NCBI GenBank assembly: GCA_964410585.1
Contig: CAYPFW010000001.1
Coordinates: forward strand, 68,781-132,780
Direction: 5' to 3'
Length of the DNA: 64,000 nucleotides
Origin: an uncultured archaeon
GTDB lineage: Archaea; Aenigmatarchaeota; Aenigmatarchaeia; QMZP01; JACQNV01
Made by a program: the position numbers and the translations under genes. Of the stretch, positions 18,273 through 29,400 are shown piece by piece. The notes below the pieces were generated by a model that saw nothing but the letters and a program-made list of their open reading frames with translations, was not told where the DNA came from and did no database searches. Numbering within the stretch: position 1 is the first letter of the stretch; each line of letters starts with the position of its first letter.

Positions 18273-21200
18273 ATGAGAAAAATACTTTTCCTTCCAGTAT
18301 TTTTGCTAATTATCAGTTTTATTGCTCTTCCTAGCCAATCGCAGACAACTTTTAGGATAATGAACGTTAGCTTTTTGTTTGGTGATCCCTATACCGGCGA
18401 CCCATCAACAGGTGTTGATCCAACAAATTTTATAGGTGAGTGTGGTGGTGATTTACCCAAAGTCTGTACAGATCTTGGTTTTACTCTTCCTGAAGGTCCT
18501 GGAAAACAATCTGGTCTAGGTGTCGACAGGACACTTTGTACAAAGTCAGATGGCACTCAAAGTTATCAATACAGTTGCGATATATCTGGAATCAACTCAG
18601 ATAAATTCATCGATAAGATAGATCCGATTAGCAGGGTTCTCACATACAAAAGTGACCAACTCAAAGGTCCGATCCAATACATTCTCCATGATATTCTAAG
18701 CACAGGTTTCCCAAACAATTTAGATCCTTTTGTTTTCACAAAATCTATTCCTCCATTATATTCAACTGTTCAAGTGTTGGCAGAGCCAAATGGTTTAGTA
18801 GTGATAAAACCAGAAGAGGCAGTCAGAAAATACGACAATACAATTGCTTGGAATGATTCTTGCGTTGGCGATCTCAGCGAGCAATTTACAAATGATTTTT
18901 ACAGAATGGACAAGCAGACAGCAGCAAAAAATGGTTTTGAAATAGTTGAAAATTCCTGCACAGGTTTAGTTGGACAAAAACTAAAATATCATGTGCAAGT
19001 TCACCAACGCGGTTTTAACTACGAGAAGCAAAACGTAGAATGCAAACAAGGTGGCTCGCACTACAATCAGTTTTATGCATCAACTGGTCCAGAGCCAATT
19101 CCTTTTCCATACATTGCTATGTGTGAACCAGATTCGGGATACAGACCCTTGCTTTCAAGAGATTATGAACAAACAGGCCAATGGGGTTGGCCAACTTATT
19201 TCCCTCAAAGGCCTCGGCCAGGATCAACATACAGCGCCACAAACCAGTATTCCTTCTGCGAGGCCTTTGACATGGAGTATGAAGATGTCCATGATTCGGC
19301 CGGAAACTTAGTGAGCTACATATTTGGCGCAAGCGATTCTCCAAGATGTTTCCTTTGGCCAGGACCAGGAGACTCTGTAAGCATAAAACAACTTTCAAAA
19401 ATCCTTGTTTGGAATTTCCCATATATTTTCAATCCAGGTAGCTGCGGGGTTTTCGATTCTCTGAGACAGCGACAACAAGGTGGTGGTAAAGCAGGCTTCA
19501 ATGATCCTGCTTCATACAGAAGAGATGCAGCAGACATCATGTGCAAGAAGCCAATTTTGTTCAATAACCCAGATTATGAAGATGCTGAAAGGAGTGGTTC
19601 ATATATTTTCGAGCCAAGCAAAACAAAAACAGATCCCGGTGTCCAATTTTTGAACAATACAGTCAGGCCTTTTTTCGAACAAACAGATCGGTTGAACCAG
19701 GAATATTTTTCTGGCCCAAGCAAATATAGGAAAATTCAGTTCCATCTACCTGTTTTAACTTCAATTGAAGTCACAGATCTTCAAGGAAACATCTTAGCTC
19801 CAAAGCAACAACAGCTCCAAAACACAACAGTGACTTTGTATGGTGTTGAGGTTGGCCAAAAAATAAAAATAAAAGCTAAAGTAAAAGAATTAGACAGTCA
19901 CAATACATCTATCTTTGTTTTCCAGTCAACAAACTTTGGATGGGGAATGTTTGGACCAACGCAAGGCGGACAAGTCCCTATTTTTGGATGCGATTTCATT
20001 GACTCTTCAACATGTTTGCAAGGTGATGTGAATTTCAACAATGTAACCTTGACAGGCCCTCTCCACCAAAACCTAGGAGGCGTAACACAAGAAAAAGAAA
20101 TAGAATTTGTCTATGAAATTCCTTTAACATATCGTGCACCTCTTGTTGGAACAACATCTCTAAATCCAGGTGATCCATATCCTCTGTTTATTGGTTTTGC
20201 AGATGAGTTTAGCAATTTCGATTCTGTAAAAATCCTTTTCGAAATAGTTCCACCAATTTGTGCAAACCAAAAACACGATGCATCTTCAGGTGAAACAGAT
20301 TTGGACTGTGGTGGCCAAACTTGCCCTACTTGCTTAGATGGCCAAAGATGCAACCTAGATTCAGACTGCCAATCTGGCTGGTGCTACTCAGGATCAAATC
20401 TTCCGCCAAAACCACAACCAACATACGGCGACGGCATTTGCCGCACACCAACATGTTCTGATGGAATTCAGAATCAGGGTGAAACAGCTGTAGATTGTGG
20501 CGGTACAAACTGTGCACCTTGTGGTGGTTGTCAAGAAAATTGGATAACCTCGCCTTGGTCTGCATGCAAAGGCGGACAGCAAACACGAATTGTCAGAGAT
20601 ACAAATAGCTGCAATAACCCAACACCTGTGAACCCGCGTCCAGCAACACAAAGGTCTTGTGTTAACTTAGCTGCATGTGTGCCAACACCAAACCAGTGCG
20701 GTGGTTCAAATGGTTGTCAAATCCTTCCTTATTTGAACGGAGTATCTTGTGGATCAAACCAGGCAGGTGTCTGTTTTGCTGGAAGCTGCTATTTGCCAAC
20801 AACTAAAAAACAACCGCCTGTGGGCCAGTGTTTGCAAACAGACTGGTCACCATGCGAAAAACACAGTATCAATAATAAAGTAGGTTTCTACCAAATCAGA
20901 AATGTAGTTAAAGGAAATCTCAATGTTGCATGCACCCAGCTTCCACCAGATCAAAGGCCAGGCGCTGTAAGATCATGTTCGCCTCAGGCAGGTCCTGGTC
21001 CAAGAGATTTGTGTCAACAGTCTTTGATAGCCTCAGGTTTTGACACACGTTTATCAACTGATTTCACATCTCTAGCAAACTTAAACAGTGTTGAAGGATT
21101 CAAAATAGGGAACCAATTCGGTCAAATTGAGTTTTTAGGAAAATCTGACTTGTCTTCAATAGATTGTTCAAAACTAAATAATGTATTCAAAATAGAAAGA

Positions 21201-21578
21201 AACAAAGTTTTCGTTGATACAAAAACCTATCCAACATTTAACCAACAGGCTGTAGTTAGCTTGTTCACAAAAGACATCAAAGACCCAATTGTAAAAACAT
21301 GGGACAACCAGTGCATACAAGTCCAGGTTATACGATGGAATCCAGACACAGGTCTTCTAACTTTCAAGGCGCCGAAGTTTAGTGGTTATCAAGCAGTTGA
21401 AAAAGCAACAAGCGGTTGCACACCGCAAACGCCGCTAGCTTTATTACTGATGCTGATCTTAATACCAATAGGTGCAGTTGGTTTTTTGTTGTTTTACATG
21501 TACTACAGAAACAAAAAACTGCTGGGGCATGAGTTCCTATGGGAGAAGTACGTACAAAGCAAAGGAGACGCTAAATGA
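18273..21578 (+). CDS. large Cys-rich cell-surface protein (1101 aa) with signal peptide and C-terminal TM anchor
   Basis: N-terminal hydrophobic leader; repeated DCGG-x2-C-x2-C modules (DLDCGGQTCPTC, VDCGGTNCAPCGG); C-terminal LALLLMLILIPIGAVGFLLFYMYY followed by basic tail. Confidence 0.8.
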   Translation: MRKILFLPVFLLIISFIALPSQSQTTFRIMNVSFLFGDPYTGDPSTGVDPTNFIGECGGDLPKVCTDLGFTLPEGPGKQSGLGVDRTLCTKSDGTQSYQYSCDISGINSDKFIDKIDPISRVLTYKSDQLKGPIQYILHDILSTGFPNNLDPFVFTKSIPPLYSTVQVLAEPNGLVVIKPEEAVRKYDNTIAWNDSCVGDLSEQFTNDFYRMDKQTAAKNGFEIVENSCTGLVGQKLKYHVQVHQRGFNYEKQNVECKQGGSHYNQFYASTGPEPIPFPYIAMCEPDSGYRPLLSRDYEQTGQWGWPTYFPQRPRPGSTYSATNQYSFCEAFDMEYEDVHDSAGNLVSYIFGASDSPRCFLWPGPGDSVSIKQLSKILVWNFPYIFNPGSCGVFDSLRQRQQGGGKAGFNDPASYRRDAADIMCKKPILFNNPDYEDAERSGSYIFEPSKTKTDPGVQFLNNTVRPFFEQTDRLNQEYFSGPSKYRKIQFHLPVLTSIEVTDLQGNILAPKQQQLQNTTVTLYGVEVGQKIKIKAKVKELDSHNTSIFVFQSTNFGWGMFGPTQGGQVPIFGCDFIDSSTCLQGDVNFNNVTLTGPLHQNLGGVTQEKEIEFVYEIPLTYRAPLVGTTSLNPGDPYPLFIGFADEFSNFDSVKILFEIVPPICANQKHDASSGETDLDCGGQTCPTCLDGQRCNLDSDCQSGWCYSGSNLPPKPQPTYGDGICRTPTCSDGIQNQGETAVDCGGTNCAPCGGCQENWITSPWSACKGGQQTRIVRDTNSCNNPTPVNPRPATQRSCVNLAACVPTPNQCGGSNGCQILPYLNGVSCGSNQAGVCFAGSCYLPTTKKQPPVGQCLQTDWSPCEKHSINNKVGFYQIRNVVKGNLNVACTQLPPDQRPGAVRSCSPQAGPGPRDLCQQSLIASGFDTRLSTDFTSLANLNSVEGFKIGNQFGQIEFLGKSDLSSIDCSKLNNVFKIERNKVFVDTKTYPTFNQQAVVSLFTKDIKDPIVKTWDNQCIQVQVIRWNPDTGLLTFKAPKFSGYQAVEKATSGCTPQTPLALLLMLILIPIGAVGFLLFYMYYRNKKLLGHEFLWEKYVQSKGDAK

Positions 21579-22474
21579 AAAAAATATTTTTAATTTCAAT
21601 AATTGCAGTTTTGTTCCTTGTCCAAATTTCAGTAGCTCAAGAGACAGCCCTTTGTTCAGATTCAGATGGTGCAGATATTTATTCCAAGGGTAGAACAGCT
21701 GGACAGGAGGCCTATATTTTCGAAGATGTGTGTCTTTCTAATTTTTTAGCCGAATCTGTTTGTGCAAACAACAAACAAACCTACCTTCTTTTTGAATGTC
21801 AAAATGGCTGTTCAGATGGGGCTTGTAAATTTTCTCCCCAAACCCAAACATGTAAACAGCAAGGCCCTCAAGTCTCCGTAGATGGAAAAATATATACAAG
21901 TAAATGTATTAAGTCAGAAAAAGATTCCACGTTCCCAGACTCAGCTTTGAAATATTCATGTGAACAAAATTCAGCTGGTTCTAAAATAGAATCGTGTGGC
22001 GACAAAATTTGTTCTGATGCATCTGGCGAGCCTCAATGTATTTCTCCGGGGGCTGGTGAGTTTGCTTCAGTAGGATTGGATGAATCTATTTTTGATGATA
22101 ATCTATTTTGCCAAAAGGTTGGTTCAGTAACCTTGTTTAACAAAAATTTATACACAGACACATGTGAAAACTTTAATCCAGAACTTGGATATTTAACGTC
22201 AGCTCTTCAGTATGGATGCACAGAGGATAATCAATTAGCAACAATGACCCTCGACTGCAAACAAACAAATGAGAAATGTTTGGCAGGAAAATGTGTCCAA
22301 CTAAACAATGAGAATGAAAAAACAAACTTCCCTTTAGGCGAGGATATGCCTTTAGCTCTTTTAGCATTTTTAGGTTTAGTTGGTTTGGTTGTTTTGTGTG
22401 TAGTGATTTTTGTAGTACACCATATGCATTCCAAATTAAAAGAAGATCTGAAAAAGATGACAAAAAAGAAATAA
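21575..22474 (+). CDS. Cys-rich secreted protein with C-terminal TM anchor
   Basis: Start overlaps upstream stop; signal peptide; C-terminal TM helix and KK-rich tail. Confidence 0.7.
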   Translation: MKKIFLISIIAVLFLVQISVAQETALCSDSDGADIYSKGRTAGQEAYIFEDVCLSNFLAESVCANNKQTYLLFECQNGCSDGACKFSPQTQTCKQQGPQVSVDGKIYTSKCIKSEKDSTFPDSALKYSCEQNSAGSKIESCGDKICSDASGEPQCISPGAGEFASVGLDESIFDDNLFCQKVGSVTLFNKNLYTDTCENFNPELGYLTSALQYGCTEDNQLATMTLDCKQTNEKCLAGKCVQLNNENEKTNFPLGEDMPLALLAFLGLVGLVVLCVVIFVVHHMHSKLKEDLKKMTKKK

Positions 22475-22510
22475 CATCCAAAATTTGATGCTAAAAACCA
22501 ATTTAACAAA

Positions 22511-22792
22511 CTAAACAACCTTGGGGCCCTTGAAGTGTTTTCCTTCTTTGTTTTTTGTTTGGCTCAAAGCTTTTTCTGAAGAAAAGCTTTCCCCAGTTTG
22601 GTCTTCCCGTATAACATTTTTTACTTCAACTGGCTGGAAAGTTGGCTCAATATTTTTCGTATCAACTTTTTTCAAATCCTCAAAGGCACCTAAAATATTT
22701 GTTAAGTCTTTTGAAAACTTATCAACTTCTTTTTCTTCCAAATTTAGCCTTGCAATATCTGCAACTTTTTTCACAGTTTCTTTATTTATCAT
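22511..22792 (-). CDS. gatC: glutamyl-tRNA(Gln) amidotransferase subunit C
   Basis: 93 aa; ETVKKVADIARLNLEEKEV start and C-terminal FKGPKVV typical of GatC. Confidence 0.75.
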   Translation of the reverse strand: MINKETVKKVADIARLNLEEKEVDKFSKDLTNILGAFEDLKKVDTKNIEPTFQPVEVKNVIREDQTGESFSSEKALSQTKNKEGKHFKGPKVV

Positions 22793-22881
22793 ATTACAAC
22801 TATAGTTCTTTTGGGTACTGTAGACTTTTCTCAGATTTCGGCCTTATAACATAAGGTCCTTTCATTTTAAGAAAAGGCTAG

Positions 22882-24042
22882 CTACTCCTCAAATATTTCT
22901 ACAACCTTATCTTGTTTTTTGTTTATTAAAAGCTCGAAAACGTTCTCATATTTTTGCACATCTAGGCCTTCTTTCTCCAAGTTTTCCCTAAGAAGTTTTT
23001 TTCCAAGTTCTTGGACAGATAATTCTTGTTCCTGTATACTAACTCCACTTAGCTTTTCATCTTGTTTTTCAAAACCGAAATAAAGGAGGCCCTTGTCTCC
23101 ATATTTTATTTTCAACTCATCTGCAAACTTTCCGTCCCTAAGTTTTATTTTCACAAGCGGCGGCTTCAAAAAATTCTCTGAAAAAATTTCTTTTAACTTG
23201 CTTTCAATTTCCTCCTGAGAAGAGTTTTCAAAATTCAAATAAAAAACCTTTCTCTGAGTTTTGAGTTCCTCGAATTTTATTTCATTTGATAAAATACCTT
23301 CAATGCTTCTCTGTATATCGATTTTGTAAACTCTAATAGGTTTTGTTTGACTTGTGATTTGTGTGACAACTAGAGAGCCAGGATGTATGAATGGTTTGTT
23401 GTCGTACATACTTTCTTTCGGTTCATGTATATGACCATTTATGTACAAATCAAAGCCTTTTGGTATTGATTCCTGAGGAAGCAAATGCTCAGCGAAAACA
23501 AAGCCTGAAATTGATTGATGCAACATCAAAATATTATATGTTCCGTCTATTGTTTTTGGATTCCACTGTTTCAAAATATTTTCTGCAAATTGGTCTGGTA
23601 CACCACCCATTCCTTGGACAGCAATTTTCTCCCCATTTTTTTCCAGCACAATTCCGTTACAGTGAAGTTGGACCAAAAAGCCAGCGCGCTCCAAAGCCTC
23701 TACTGGATTTAACAGGCCTTTACTTCTCCTTTCGTGGTTTCCAAAAATTGAAATCACAGGAATCCCATATCCAAATTTTAGATTTTTTGATAAGTCCTTG
23801 TTTATCCCCTCAACAATTTTTGTCTCAGATTTTTTCCCAAAAGCAGACAACAGGTTCTCCATTGTTTTTGTAAAAATTTCTGTGTTTGGTGTCTTGTAAT
23901 CAAAAATATCACCAGCAATCAAAATCAGATCACAGTCTTTGCAAATCTCCATTGCTTCTTCTAAGTTTTCAAAAGCATCTTTTTCCCTTTCTGTACCCTG
24001 ACCAAAACCCAAGTGTATATCTGAGAACAAGCCGATTTTCAT
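22882..24042 (-). CDS. mre11: Mre11/SbcD-family metallophosphoesterase nuclease
   Basis: Phosphoesterase motifs DIHLG, GDIFD, GNHE, LHQ, GHIH in canonical order. Confidence 0.8.
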   Translation of the reverse strand: MKIGLFSDIHLGFGQGTEREKDAFENLEEAMEICKDCDLILIAGDIFDYKTPNTEIFTKTMENLLSAFGKKSETKIVEGINKDLSKNLKFGYGIPVISIFGNHERRSKGLLNPVEALERAGFLVQLHCNGIVLEKNGEKIAVQGMGGVPDQFAENILKQWNPKTIDGTYNILMLHQSISGFVFAEHLLPQESIPKGFDLYINGHIHEPKESMYDNKPFIHPGSLVVTQITSQTKPIRVYKIDIQRSIEGILSNEIKFEELKTQRKVFYLNFENSSQEEIESKLKEIFSENFLKPPLVKIKLRDGKFADELKIKYGDKGLLYFGFEKQDEKLSGVSIQEQELSVQELGKKLLRENLEKEGLDVQKYENVFELLINKKQDKVVEIFEE

Positions 24043-24095
24043 ATGAATCTAAATTCAATCTAAACTTTATATATTCTGTAAATATAATATCCTAT

Positions 24096-24632
24096 ATGAT
24101 ATCAAAATCAGCCAAACTTGTTTTTGTTCTTCTATTAGTTTCAGTTGTTTTAATTTCTGGCTGCACAGAACAGTCTGTGGCAAATGGCTCAAGTCCATCT
24201 GATTCAGTCAATTCAAATCAGCTAACAGAATGCCCTCAAGGACAGGTAAAAACAGATTCAGGCTGTATGCCTGAAAACAAAGAAGAAACGCCTAATACAA
24301 TTCCAGATGAATCTTCAAAACCAGCAAATAACGAGCCTACCGAGCAATCACAAACTATCAAAGAATTTTCAATGACAGCCAAGCAATGGTCTTTTGACCC
24401 TGAAACAATTACAGTCAAGAAAGGAGATCATGTCAAACTAACAATAAAAAGCATAGATGTAACACACGGATTTGCTATCCCTGATTTTGGAGTGAGCGAA
24501 AACTTGGAGCCGAATAAAGAAATAGTTGTAGAATTTGATGCAGATAAGACAGGCACATTCACATTTTTCTGTTCTGTGTTCTGTGGTTCTGGTCATGCAT
24601 CGATGAAAGGCACACTTGTTGTTGAAGAATAG
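24096..24632 (+). CDS. CuA-type cupredoxin lipoprotein (cytochrome oxidase subunit II-like domain)
   Basis: Start set to the internal ATG (ORF-track frame +210) to avoid overlap with mre11; lipobox LISGC; DVTHGFAIPDFG and FFCSVFCGSGHASM (H...C-x3-C-x3-H-x2-M) CuA ligand pattern. Confidence 0.7.
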   Translation: MISKSAKLVFVLLLVSVVLISGCTEQSVANGSSPSDSVNSNQLTECPQGQVKTDSGCMPENKEETPNTIPDESSKPANNEPTEQSQTIKEFSMTAKQWSFDPETITVKKGDHVKLTIKSIDVTHGFAIPDFGVSENLEPNKEIVVEFDADKTGTFTFFCSVFCGSGHASMKGTLVVEE

Positions 24633-24745
24633 TTCAAATGCTAAACTGTTATTTCTGCATACAAAACTCTTTTAAACTACTTATGTATATAATATACATT
24701 CAAATTTCAATATCCAGTATAGAAATTGTAGTTTAATCTAAAAAT

Positions 24746-25456
24746 ATGAGCGACGAAAAACCAAACTCTGAATCTGGGGAGCAGAAAGCTCAGTCATCTG
24801 AAGATGAAAAGCTGACAAAGCACGAGCTCAGAGAATTGAGAAGGAAAGAGTCTAAGGAAGAAAGAGAAAAGCAGAATTCTGAGTCGCAAAAATTCTCAAT
24901 TGGTAAATACAGCAAATATCTAAAATATGTTGCAGTGTTTATTGTTGTTTTTGCCATAGTTTATGTTTGGTCTACTTCTTCTCCACAAGGACCAATGCCT
25001 TCAATAGGTCCTGTTGGATCAACACATATACATGCTGATTTAGGCCTGTTTTTAGATGGAAAAGAAATCACACCACTTCCAGAAAAATATTTTGTCAGAA
25101 TTAGCGAAGTTCACATGGAAGGGGGTCCTGGAGTAGGTACAGTAATGCACATGCACTCAACTGGTGTGCCTTTGAAAATGTTTTTCAATAGTTTAGGAAT
25201 GAGTTTTGATTCAAAGTGTTTCCAATTTGAGGGCCAAAGATACTGTTCAGATGAAACAAAGAACCTAAAAATGCTTGTTAAACATGAGGGTGGCCAGTGG
25301 GAACAAAACACAGATTTCGAGAGCTATGTTTTCAAAGACTTAGACAAAATTTTGATCACATATGGAAATGAAACACCAGAACAAATAGCCGAACAACAGA
25401 AACAAGTCACAGATGCTTCAAGGCTAAACTCAGAAAGAAAAATGACGGGATTTTAG
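24746..25456 (+). CDS. membrane-anchored protein with His-rich motifs (possible metal binding)
   Basis: Acidic/Ser-rich N-terminus, single TM, THIHADL and HMEGG...VMHMH motifs. Confidence 0.5.
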   Translation: MSDEKPNSESGEQKAQSSEDEKLTKHELRELRRKESKEEREKQNSESQKFSIGKYSKYLKYVAVFIVVFAIVYVWSTSSPQGPMPSIGPVGSTHIHADLGLFLDGKEITPLPEKYFVRISEVHMEGGPGVGTVMHMHSTGVPLKMFFNSLGMSFDSKCFQFEGQRYCSDETKNLKMLVKHEGGQWEQNTDFESYVFKDLDKILITYGNETPEQIAEQQKQVTDASRLNSERKMTGF

Positions 25457-25555
25457 TTCTTGTTTTTCGCGTGTAGTGTATTAGGTCACTTGAAAAGTAT
25501 ATAACTTATTCTGTGCTAATTCTAAGTATAATCTGTATTTTAGAGTGAGGCATAA

Positions 25556-26332
25556 ATGAAAGATCCATTTAAAAAATATCCAGTGAAAACATACGTCCTT
25601 ATAGCAGTTCTAATAATGTCAATCCCGGGGATCCTACAGTTTGGATACCAAAACACAGTTCCCCAAATGGTTTTGGCAGTCCTTGTGGCTGCTGGTTTAG
25701 ATCTCCTAGTTAACAAACTGAAAAAAGGCCCGACATATTTTGTCCCAACTTCCGGAATAATTTCAGGTTTAATTGTCTCAACAATACTTGCTCCTGGCTC
25801 TGTTTGGTATGTCCCTGTGGCTGGTGCAGCAATTGCAATCTTGTCCAAACATGTTTTCAAAGTTAAGCTAAACAATTTCTGGAACCATGTTTTTAACCCA
25901 GCAAACTTCGCGCTGCTTGTATTGGTTGGTTTTGGAATAGGAAAAGATGCTTGGTGGATTGGTACAAATTCTATTCTTGTTGCTATCCTCGGTTTGTTCA
26001 TCTTATGGAGGCTTAGGAAAATTTCAATAGTTGTCCCATTCTTTTTGTTTTTCCTCCTTTCAACTTCAATTACATCAGTCTTCATCCAAAGGCAACTGAC
26101 AACTGACATACTTTTAGCAGAAGCAACAGGAGGCTCCACACTATTCTTCATGTTCATCATGCTCCAAGAACCAATGACAACACCAAGGAAAAAATATGGT
26201 AGGATAGTTTTTGGTTCAGTTGTTGGTGTTTTGGTTCCACTTCTTTTGGCTTTCCCTGCTACTGGTTTTATCAGCATATATTTTGCCTTGGCTATAGGAA
26301 ACATTCTCGTGCCAATTTTAAATAGAGTATGA
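25556..26332 (+). CDS. NqrB/RnfD-family-like integral membrane protein (258 aa)
   Basis: Polytopic; SKHVFKVKLNNFWNHVFNPANFALLVL resembles the RnfD/NqrB conserved FNPA segment. Confidence 0.55.
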   Translation: MKDPFKKYPVKTYVLIAVLIMSIPGILQFGYQNTVPQMVLAVLVAAGLDLLVNKLKKGPTYFVPTSGIISGLIVSTILAPGSVWYVPVAGAAIAILSKHVFKVKLNNFWNHVFNPANFALLVLVGFGIGKDAWWIGTNSILVAILGLFILWRLRKISIVVPFFLFFLLSTSITSVFIQRQLTTDILLAEATGGSTLFFMFIMLQEPMTTPRKKYGRIVFGSVVGVLVPLLLAFPATGFISIYFALAIGNILVPILNRV

Positions 26333-26473
26333 ACCAAACAACTTTAATCGGTCTGATAGCCCTTATCGGCTTTTTAGTTATCCTAGGTTTAGTCATCTAC
26401 AAAACAGACCAAAAAATGAAGGAGTATTTGTTGCAGCATCCCGAGAAGGCAGGTTCAAATATAAATACTTCAC

Positions 26474-29400
26474 TTGATAAATAATGTTATGCTTCAATGT
26501 TTTCTGCAGAAGAAAATAGTTTTTTCATTCTTATTTACAATTATTGTAGTTTCTTCAGTTCTTATTGTTAGAGCTGATGCACAGGGAACGTATACATATT
26601 ATGGCATAACTTTCCAAGAACCGTTGGGCTGGGAAAAGACATTTCCTTTTATAGGAACATTTATTGGTGGGGAAATTTCGCATTCTCAAGAGGTTATGTA
26701 TGAGAAGGATGGTGCTATTATATTTGTTACAAATGGTGGAAATGTACTGCTTTTAGATAAAAGCCCTAGAACATTATCTATAGGCAAAATTGAAGGTTTA
26801 AAGTTTGTATATAGTGATCCAGAGGAAAAAATTGAAGCGGAAGGTTTTGTATTTGATTATAAAGAAAAAGAATATTTTATAACAATTATAAGTAGTACAG
26901 GTATAAAAGAAGCCGATAGAACTGTTTGGAAATCTCTAATAGAAAGCATTAATTTTGGGGATGTTGGTTTATCGCTGCTTTTAGCAGAAGATAGTATAGA
27001 AACCAAAAATGCTATACAATTTTCTCCAGAGATCGACACAGACACAAATAATGAATTTATTCAAAATCTTCAAAAAGACATAAAAACTGTGACAATTGGC
27101 GGTGCCAAAGGAAAATCAAATTTTGATGCTAATTTAGAAAGAACACTTAATCTTGAGAAACTAAATGCCCGTGTATTTGAGAACGGTAAACCCATAGAAT
27201 TTGATGAAAAGGGTGAGCGCAAGGATGTACCTGGTTTGGAAAGAAGCAAAAATGCCAAAGGCCTGGCTCTTGATGTGGTAAAATCAATATATAATAGCCC
27301 TAATTCGGCCCTTAGTTATATTTCCTGGGCCTTTACTAGTTCTGATATTTACAAGATTGGTGAAAAAAATGAAAGAGTTACAAAATTCCTTCAAGAATTA
27401 GACGCAATTGAAGCAGATACACAATTAGAAACAATAAAACAGGTTCATAATCTTGTGGGTAAATATGTTCCTGGATATCTCCCACAGGAAGATAAAGAAG
27501 ATATAGCTACAAATAGTATAGGCGCCGCTATTAAGGATGGAAAAGGAATTTGTCGTGAACAAGCAGCCTTGCTCAAATGGGCATTGGATAAAAAATTAGG
27601 AGGAAAAGCTAATTATAATGCAGAGGTAGTAGGTCAGGACACTACTCATGTTTGGGTTCGTGTAACATTTGATGGTGGACAATTTGATTTAGATACAACC
27701 TGGTTCAAAACTTTTTTCCCACTTGTCCCAAGAGACACTGATAATTGGATGAAATTGTTTTTTTATACAGATGGTTATCTATTTCCATCACGTAACAATG
27801 AAGCAAAATCAATAGATTCAGTCACAGTCAAAGAAGGAGAAATTGAAGAGCAAACAGTCGATCAAGAGACAACAATAGACCAACAAGAAACAAAAAGCGA
27901 CTTTGTACGTACACAATCTCCAATTGACTCATTTTTCAAATTTATTAGTGGTTTATTCACCAGTTTGCTTGGTGGATCACCAACTACACAAACCCAAACA
28001 TCTGAGCCAACAATGAAAGAACCTGGTGATAGTACAGGAATATTTTCTTTCCTTACAGATTGGTTTAAATCAAGACCTCCACAAACAGCTCCTCATGATG
28101 AACAAGGTGATAAGAAAGCGGATTTGGAGAATAAAGATGATAAGAAATCATCAGATAAAGTGATTAAATCTTATTTCACATCAACTTGCCCTAATCCGAC
28201 AACAGATCAAGTAGCCAATGAAGCAGACTACGCAGAAGGTTTCTCTACACCTAAAATACTTGATTTACTTAGAATTTCTGATGATGCCAAAATAGCTTCT
28301 GACTCTACACTTGAAATAGATACATCTTCTTCAACAACTACATTTAGCCTTGCTTCTGGAAGTAGTCTTGTGAATATAAAGAAAATAGATGTGACTGTAG
28401 ATGGAATTAATGTAGATTTGGCTGATATAAGACTTACAGACAAAAGCGGAAAGCTTTTAGGTTCATCAAAACTAGATTCTAGTGGTAAAACAACAATTTC
28501 AACTGACTTCACAATTGGCTCTGATTCTACTAGTAGCAAAATTGATGTGATAGTGGACACAGTTGAGGACTCTACAAGTACGCCTACTGTAACTCTGACA
28601 GGGAAAACATCCACAGATTCCACAATAAAGGGTACGGCAGTCGAAAGCCTTGTACAATACAAAATTAAAGCCGATAATGAAGATGTTTCAGTAAAAGATA
28701 TAACTGTATCCACAGATTCTTCTACTACTCTTGACATTTCCAATATAATACTTATAGATAAGGATGGAAATAGTATAGGATCCTCGGTACCAGATTCTTC
28801 TGATCAAACACCAATTTCAACAACCCTCAACATACCATCTGGTACAGAAGAATTAATAAAAGTAAAGGTTGTTTACAAACAATCAGAATCATCTTCGGCA
28901 CCAGTAGAACCAATGCAAGTCCAGGGTACGTGGAATATTTATAATCTTCCTAATTGGGATGTTATATCAACCACGACACAAAATAGTCAACAGTCAGCTT
29001 CCCTAAGTTCATCCGCAGAAGGCAATCACTTCCACATAAGCTTTGGAAATAACAAATACCCACCGGGCTACTTTGTATTCTATAAGGATGGTGGTGAGAT
29101 TCTAGTTTACGATGCAAATGATCCAACATTGTTTTGCAAACAACAAACTAGAAGCGGGGATAATTGTGGTGATACATCAACTGATACAAATGGTGTCTCG
29201 GGGGATGGATGGTTATATTGGGCTTCTAAAGACGGAAAGCAGGTTAGTAATTCATTAAAGGTTGGAACCCCTGGAAAAAGCCCTCCTTCTCTGATTACAA
29301 TTTCAGCCCAAATAGGCCTGATAACTGCAAAACAAATTTTCAAATTTAAACAATCTCAATCTGGCAGCGAATATACATATCAACTAGAAAGTTTATCTAA

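Noticed and set aside
23886-24095. N-terminal 70-codon extension of the cupredoxin ORF overlapping the mre11 start
   Set aside because: Overlaps mre11 on the opposite strand and precedes the signal peptide; the internal ATG gives a standard lipoprotein leader
25540-26337. 265-aa reverse-strand ORF fully overlapping the RnfD-like gene
   Set aside because: Antisense shadow of a hydrophobic membrane-protein gene; the plus-strand reading gives coherent TM helices and the FNPA motif and matches the orientation of neighbouring genes
28228-28743. 171-aa reverse-strand ORF inside the giant surface protein gene (and similar antisense ORFs at 26857, 27070, 29107, 29767)
   Set aside because: Antisense to Ser/Thr-rich repeats of a clearly coding plus-strand gene; no independent signals
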